From assembly GCA_907165135.1 (NCBI GenBank), contig OU015567.1:2852001-2916000 (forward strand): a DNA stretch of 64,000 bases, given 5' to 3'. Position 1 is the stretch's first letter. The number at the start of each line of letters is the position of its first letter. Positions 60,114 through 64,000 of the stretch are shown here, in pieces. The notes beneath the pieces were generated by a model. The model did not search any database, was not told the origin of the DNA, and saw only the letters and a program-made list of their open reading frames with translations. The position numbers and the translations under genes were made by a program. This stretch comes from Oikopleura dioica. Taxonomy: Eukaryota > Animalia > Chordata.

Positions 60114-61172
60114 TCAGCATTTTTCACGATTAACAATTTTTCCCGCACAGCATTTTCTTTTCTCTGTCTCCAAGAAGACAAATCGTCGAGGGTACTCCCC
60201 GCAGCAAGTTTTTCTAGCGCTGATTGTTTTCGGAGACTCGAGTTTTTCGAGCTCAGCGAAGCCGCCCCAGCTTCCAGTTGAAGGAGGACCTGCTCGACGG
60301 GAACAATCGGACAGTTGGGGAGTTACTTCCTGAAGTCGGGTTCGAAATAGAGCGACTTAAATTTGACAAAGAATTTGATTTATTTTTTGATTATCTTGAG
60401 CCCTTTTCCTGTTTGTATTCCTCTTCTTCATTCGCCAAATCATTCGCCAACTGAACATCACACTCGCACTGTGCCCATTTTTCAACAGATTCAAACTTCT
60501 CCCGCTTCGGACAGAAAAACTCCTTCTTCGTCAAGTTGTAGCAAAAAGTGTATCTTCCTCGGACAAATGCGAGTTTATCACTTCCAAAGTCTTTTTGGAT
60601 GCATTCGAGGCAGCTGGAATAAGCTTTGTAGGCCGCTTCTCGATTAGTTTTTGGTTCTCCACGAGCAGGTTTGAGGGGGCGCAGGCGGCCGAAACATCCA
60701 TCAGACCAGGGCAAGGTATAGTCGATGGAATTTGAGATGCCGGAAAAATTTTGCATGGTTTTCTGGGCTGATTTCTGAACGAGGTTTTGATAAAAAAGCT
60801 TGATGAAAAAAGTAACGAAGAACATACCCTTAATTTTGGAGCAAGAGTGTTCATATAAACAGTCGCATCGGCGATTTTCAAGTTCTGATAGTCCAGCACT
60901 TCTCCATTTTCCTTGTAAACGACAGTATAAAACTTCTCTCCAGTATAATTCGCTGGGTAAAAGTGCAGCTCCTCGTCTTCAGATGGTGAATTGTCATCGA
61001 GAGAAGCGATAAAATCCGGAACAACTGGATTTTCGAAGTTTTGTGATTCGCCAGGTCCCCCTGTTGGAGGACCAGTGTATTTTTGACCTCGAGTTAGGTC
61101 TTCTTCTGAAGCGCTTTTCCAAAAACGACTCTCGATTCTGCCAAAAAATCCGAGAAAAATACACAGTTTCAT
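60114..61172 (-). CDS. Secreted PLA2-like protein lacking the catalytic His-Asp, with a Cys-rich C-terminal domain
   Basis: Signal peptide MKLCIFLGFFG; DGCFG...GEPK..REAAYKAYSSCLECI...QCECDVQLANDL (PLA2 fold pattern); C-terminal TCCGEYPRRFVF...KCCAGK. Confidence 0.72.
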
Positions 61173-61690
61173 TTTTTCTTTTATTTTTTGCCATTTTTTG
61201 ATTGATCCGAAGTTTATAAATTCCCGCCAGCGCGATTATGCGCATCAATTTCCTGGGCACGTGTGTTATTCAAATTTCCTCAGCGAAAATTAAACAATTT
61301 TTTCCTCAGAAAAACTTTTGAAGAAATTTAAACCGTATTTATTGCGACTGTTTTCTTTACTTTTTCTTGTGACTACAGCATTTTAAAGCACCATTAGCCC
61401 AAGCAAAGCGCGCTGCAGAAGATCTATCAGAACTCGGCAGCATAAATGATTTAAAACGATCGATACCCGTCAAAGCGTGCAAGATAATGGCCAAATCCCA
61501 AAGCCGGCTAAAAGAAGCAGCAGCAGACTCAACACGTGACAAGTCATTTTCATCCCCAAAAGGGCTTACCACCTTTTTTTTCTTTATCAACAGTTTCAAA
61601 CCGCGCTGTTGAGAGAAAAATTTCAGTTGTCGTTTTTTTTTCTTGGAAAAGTCCCAAAAAGGAAATTTTAAAACAATAAAAGAAACAAAG

Positions 61691-62537
61691 ATGCCAGATA
61701 TGAGCGACCAAATTTTCCAGGTACAAGTTTCTTTTCAAATTTTTTCTCGCGTAATTATGTTTTATGACCGGCGTGAAAATTTATGTTCTTGATTTTTCGA
61801 CACGAGACGTTAAAATTTGTCGAGAAAAAATAATGAGGAGATCGAAAATTTTTCCAGAAAATCTGAGAAAAAAAAGAAGGATTCAATCAGAAATCGACAC
61901 TTTTGTATGAAAATTAAGGGGATAGACAAGAATAAGTGGGTTTTTACTTTAAGGCTAATACAGTAACACCCTTATTTTATTCGATGAAATAAAAGTTCGG
62001 AATCTTGTTGCTTAAAAATTTAGATATGTAAGGGTAGAAACCCCCTTTATTTCAAGTAATGCGTCGAAAAATGAAACAAAAATTAAGGTTATCGAGTTGG
62101 AAAAGGAAAATCAAGATGGAAAAATGATACTAGGCTGCTCTGTCGGTGGAGGAATCGACCAAGATGAATATCAAAATCCATTTAGCAAAGGAGACAGGTA
62201 CTTATTTCATCGCTTTTGGAGCTTATTTAATTTTCAGTGGAATCTTCGTTTCAAAAATCAGAAGGCTAAGTCCAGCAGACAAAGCAGGACTTGAAGTTGG
62301 AGACAAAATTGTCGAGGTAAGATGAATAACTGACCCGTTTTGCCTATTTTTCAGGTGAATGGAAAACAGTTGACAAAGATAAGCCACGAAAACGCGCTGA
62401 AATTGCTGACAAATGACGCTGAGGAGTTTCTTGAGCTAAAAGTGATGCGAAATATGGTGACTGATGATCCGCGATTGATGATGAAACGAGCTGCTGTCGA
62501 ATTCAAGGTCGCTCGCTCTAGCCGATTTATGGAGTAA
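61691..62537 (+). CDS. TAX1BP3: Tax1-binding protein 3 (TIP-1), single PDZ domain
   Basis: ILGCSVGGGIDQDEYQNPFSKGD|SGIFV...PADKAGLEVGDKIVE|VNG matches TIP-1 ILGFSIGGGIDQDPSQNPF; 4 exons with GT-AG introns. Confidence 0.88.
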
Positions 62538-62643
62538 AAAACTTTCTTCGATTCGTTTTTGCAATTTTACTTTGTGTTTTTTGATGTCACCTGCCACCTG
62601 CTTTTCTTCAAACAAATTAATTTCTTAATAAAATGAACATTAA

Positions 62644-63313
62644 GGACCCCCCCATCAAGATGAATTTGGTCAAAATTTTCTGTATTTTTTGGTCGTTTTG
62701 GGTTCTTTAGACAACGAGGAGAAACTTTTATGTTGAAATTTTTTCGCTGCTATAGAAATTTTTGACTAAAATTGGCTTTAAAAAATGAAAATTTGCATTA
62801 TATTTTTTATGAAAATCCTTGGTTTGCTATATTTTCATTTTAATTAAGGGTATACCCATCTTAAAATGCATTTCCATCATAAAAACAGTCAGAAAAATAT
62901 AAATTATATTATATAATCGAAGGCAGTTTTTTGAAGAAAAACTTAAAATTGAAATCTGTAAATTTGCCTTTTATTCGACTTATAAATTTTTAACGGGGCA
63001 GTCCTCCTTAAGTTCGTCGACCAAAAACTCTCAAAAGAGGAACGGTCGTAGCTTAGGGCCTTAACTTTATCCTGTAAAAAAATTAAGGGTATACCTCAAC
63101 TAAAATCCTAAAAAAAACTTTCACTAAGCAACTTTACCTATAAGGGCCTGTATACCCTTAAATTTGTAATCAAGAGATTATCATAAGGGGAACGGTTGCA
63201 GCCGAGGGTTTGATCTAAAGGTAGCAAGTGAAAGTAAGGATCTACCTTAGACAGTTTCTGAGAAAAACTTTCACTAAACAGCCCCTTTTTCACGATTCTT
63301 GATGGGGGGGTCC
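62644..63313. mobile_element. TTAA-flanked non-autonomous DNA element (Kolobok-like RR...YY termini)
   Basis: Perfect 17-bp TIR GGACCCCCCCATCAAGA, with TTAA at 62640-62643 and 63314-63317. Confidence 0.78.
63087..63157. mobile_element. 71-bp TTAA-flanked mini-element inside the Kolobok-like element
   Basis: TTAA-GGGTATAC...GTATACCC-TTAA. Confidence 0.5.
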
Positions 63314-63388
63314 TTAATGTCAAAAAAAATCCTTACGATTAAATTAGTCGCTCAAATTATCTATCACGTCAAAAACTACCTACTATTA

Positions 63389-63610
63389 CAGTCAGGTCTT
63401 GCAATTGCGCGAACTGCAATTGCGCGGTTTTTGGCGAAAATCCCGAAAATTTTTGCATTTTCCTAAAATGCTTTTTTTGATAGTAAAAAGAAAAGAGGAG
63501 AAAATTCAATAAAATTGGCCCATTTTCAAAAAAAAATTGACGGCTTGCAATTATTTGGTTTTTGGCGAAAATCCCGAAAAATAAAACCGCCCATTTGCAA
63601 GACCTGACTG
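63389..63610. mobile_element. Tc1/mariner-type MITE
   Basis: 16-bp TIR CAGTCAGGTCTTGCAA with TA flanks; internal direct repeat TTTTTGGCGAAAATCCCGAAAA. Confidence 0.85.
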
Positions 63611-63799
63611 TAATCAGGAACTTTAATACTGAAATAATTTGTTTACATGAAATGAGGCACTTCCCATTAAAAATTTTTCGATCCTCTGAAAAGTTGAAAA
63701 TTATACACTGACCTTTGGGCCCCGAAGCGCCGAGCCCTTTCATCAGCAGATTCAGAATTTTCGATAAATAAACCAGAGAAAAGCCAGAAAATCGAGACT

Positions 63800-64000
63800 A
63801 TGAAAATTCTTTGGCCCCTCTTTACTGCAGTTCTAGCTCAAGAAGGGGCTTTTGAAGGAGATGAAGGTGTTTATGTCAGGTAGAGATATTCTGTCAAAAG
63901 AAGGTAAAACAGGACTTCTAGACCGGCGTTTGGACCAGAAATCAGAGGAAGAATGCAGGCTCCCCGGCCGACTTTGAGACCCGTTGGTGGAGGAAAACGA
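63800..64000 (+). CDS. 5' end of a secreted protein, truncated by the window end
   Basis: MKILWPLFTAVLAQEGAFEGDEGVYVR|PAFGPEIRGRMQAP... signal peptide, with a GT-AG intron keeping the frame. Confidence 0.6.

Overview
AT-rich, very compact metazoan genomic DNA with many short introns, several apparent GA-AG/GC-AG introns and a Ty3/gypsy LTR element. This fits the appendicularian tunicate Oikopleura dioica, but the species call is inference. The window holds about 20 protein-coding genes. These include DCDC2, an atlastin-family GTPase without a transmembrane hairpin, a trypsin-like protease, and a giant PLA2-like/lectin-like/ZP protein. Also present are two kelch-like beta-propeller genes, a PRSS23/35-like pseudoprotease, two GT31 glycosyltransferases, an SMB-EGF-PAN secreted protein, a divergent PITP, a second PLA2-like protein and TAX1BP3. 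RRP5/PDCD11 carries up to three antisense genes nested in its introns. Mobile DNA includes an internally deleted LTR retrotransposon with both LTRs and a 5-bp TSD, hAT-type, Tc1/mariner-type and TTAA-flanked MITEs, and a dispersed palindromic repeat. Exon boundaries were read by eye. Several frameshifts fall in homopolymer runs and may be assembly errors.
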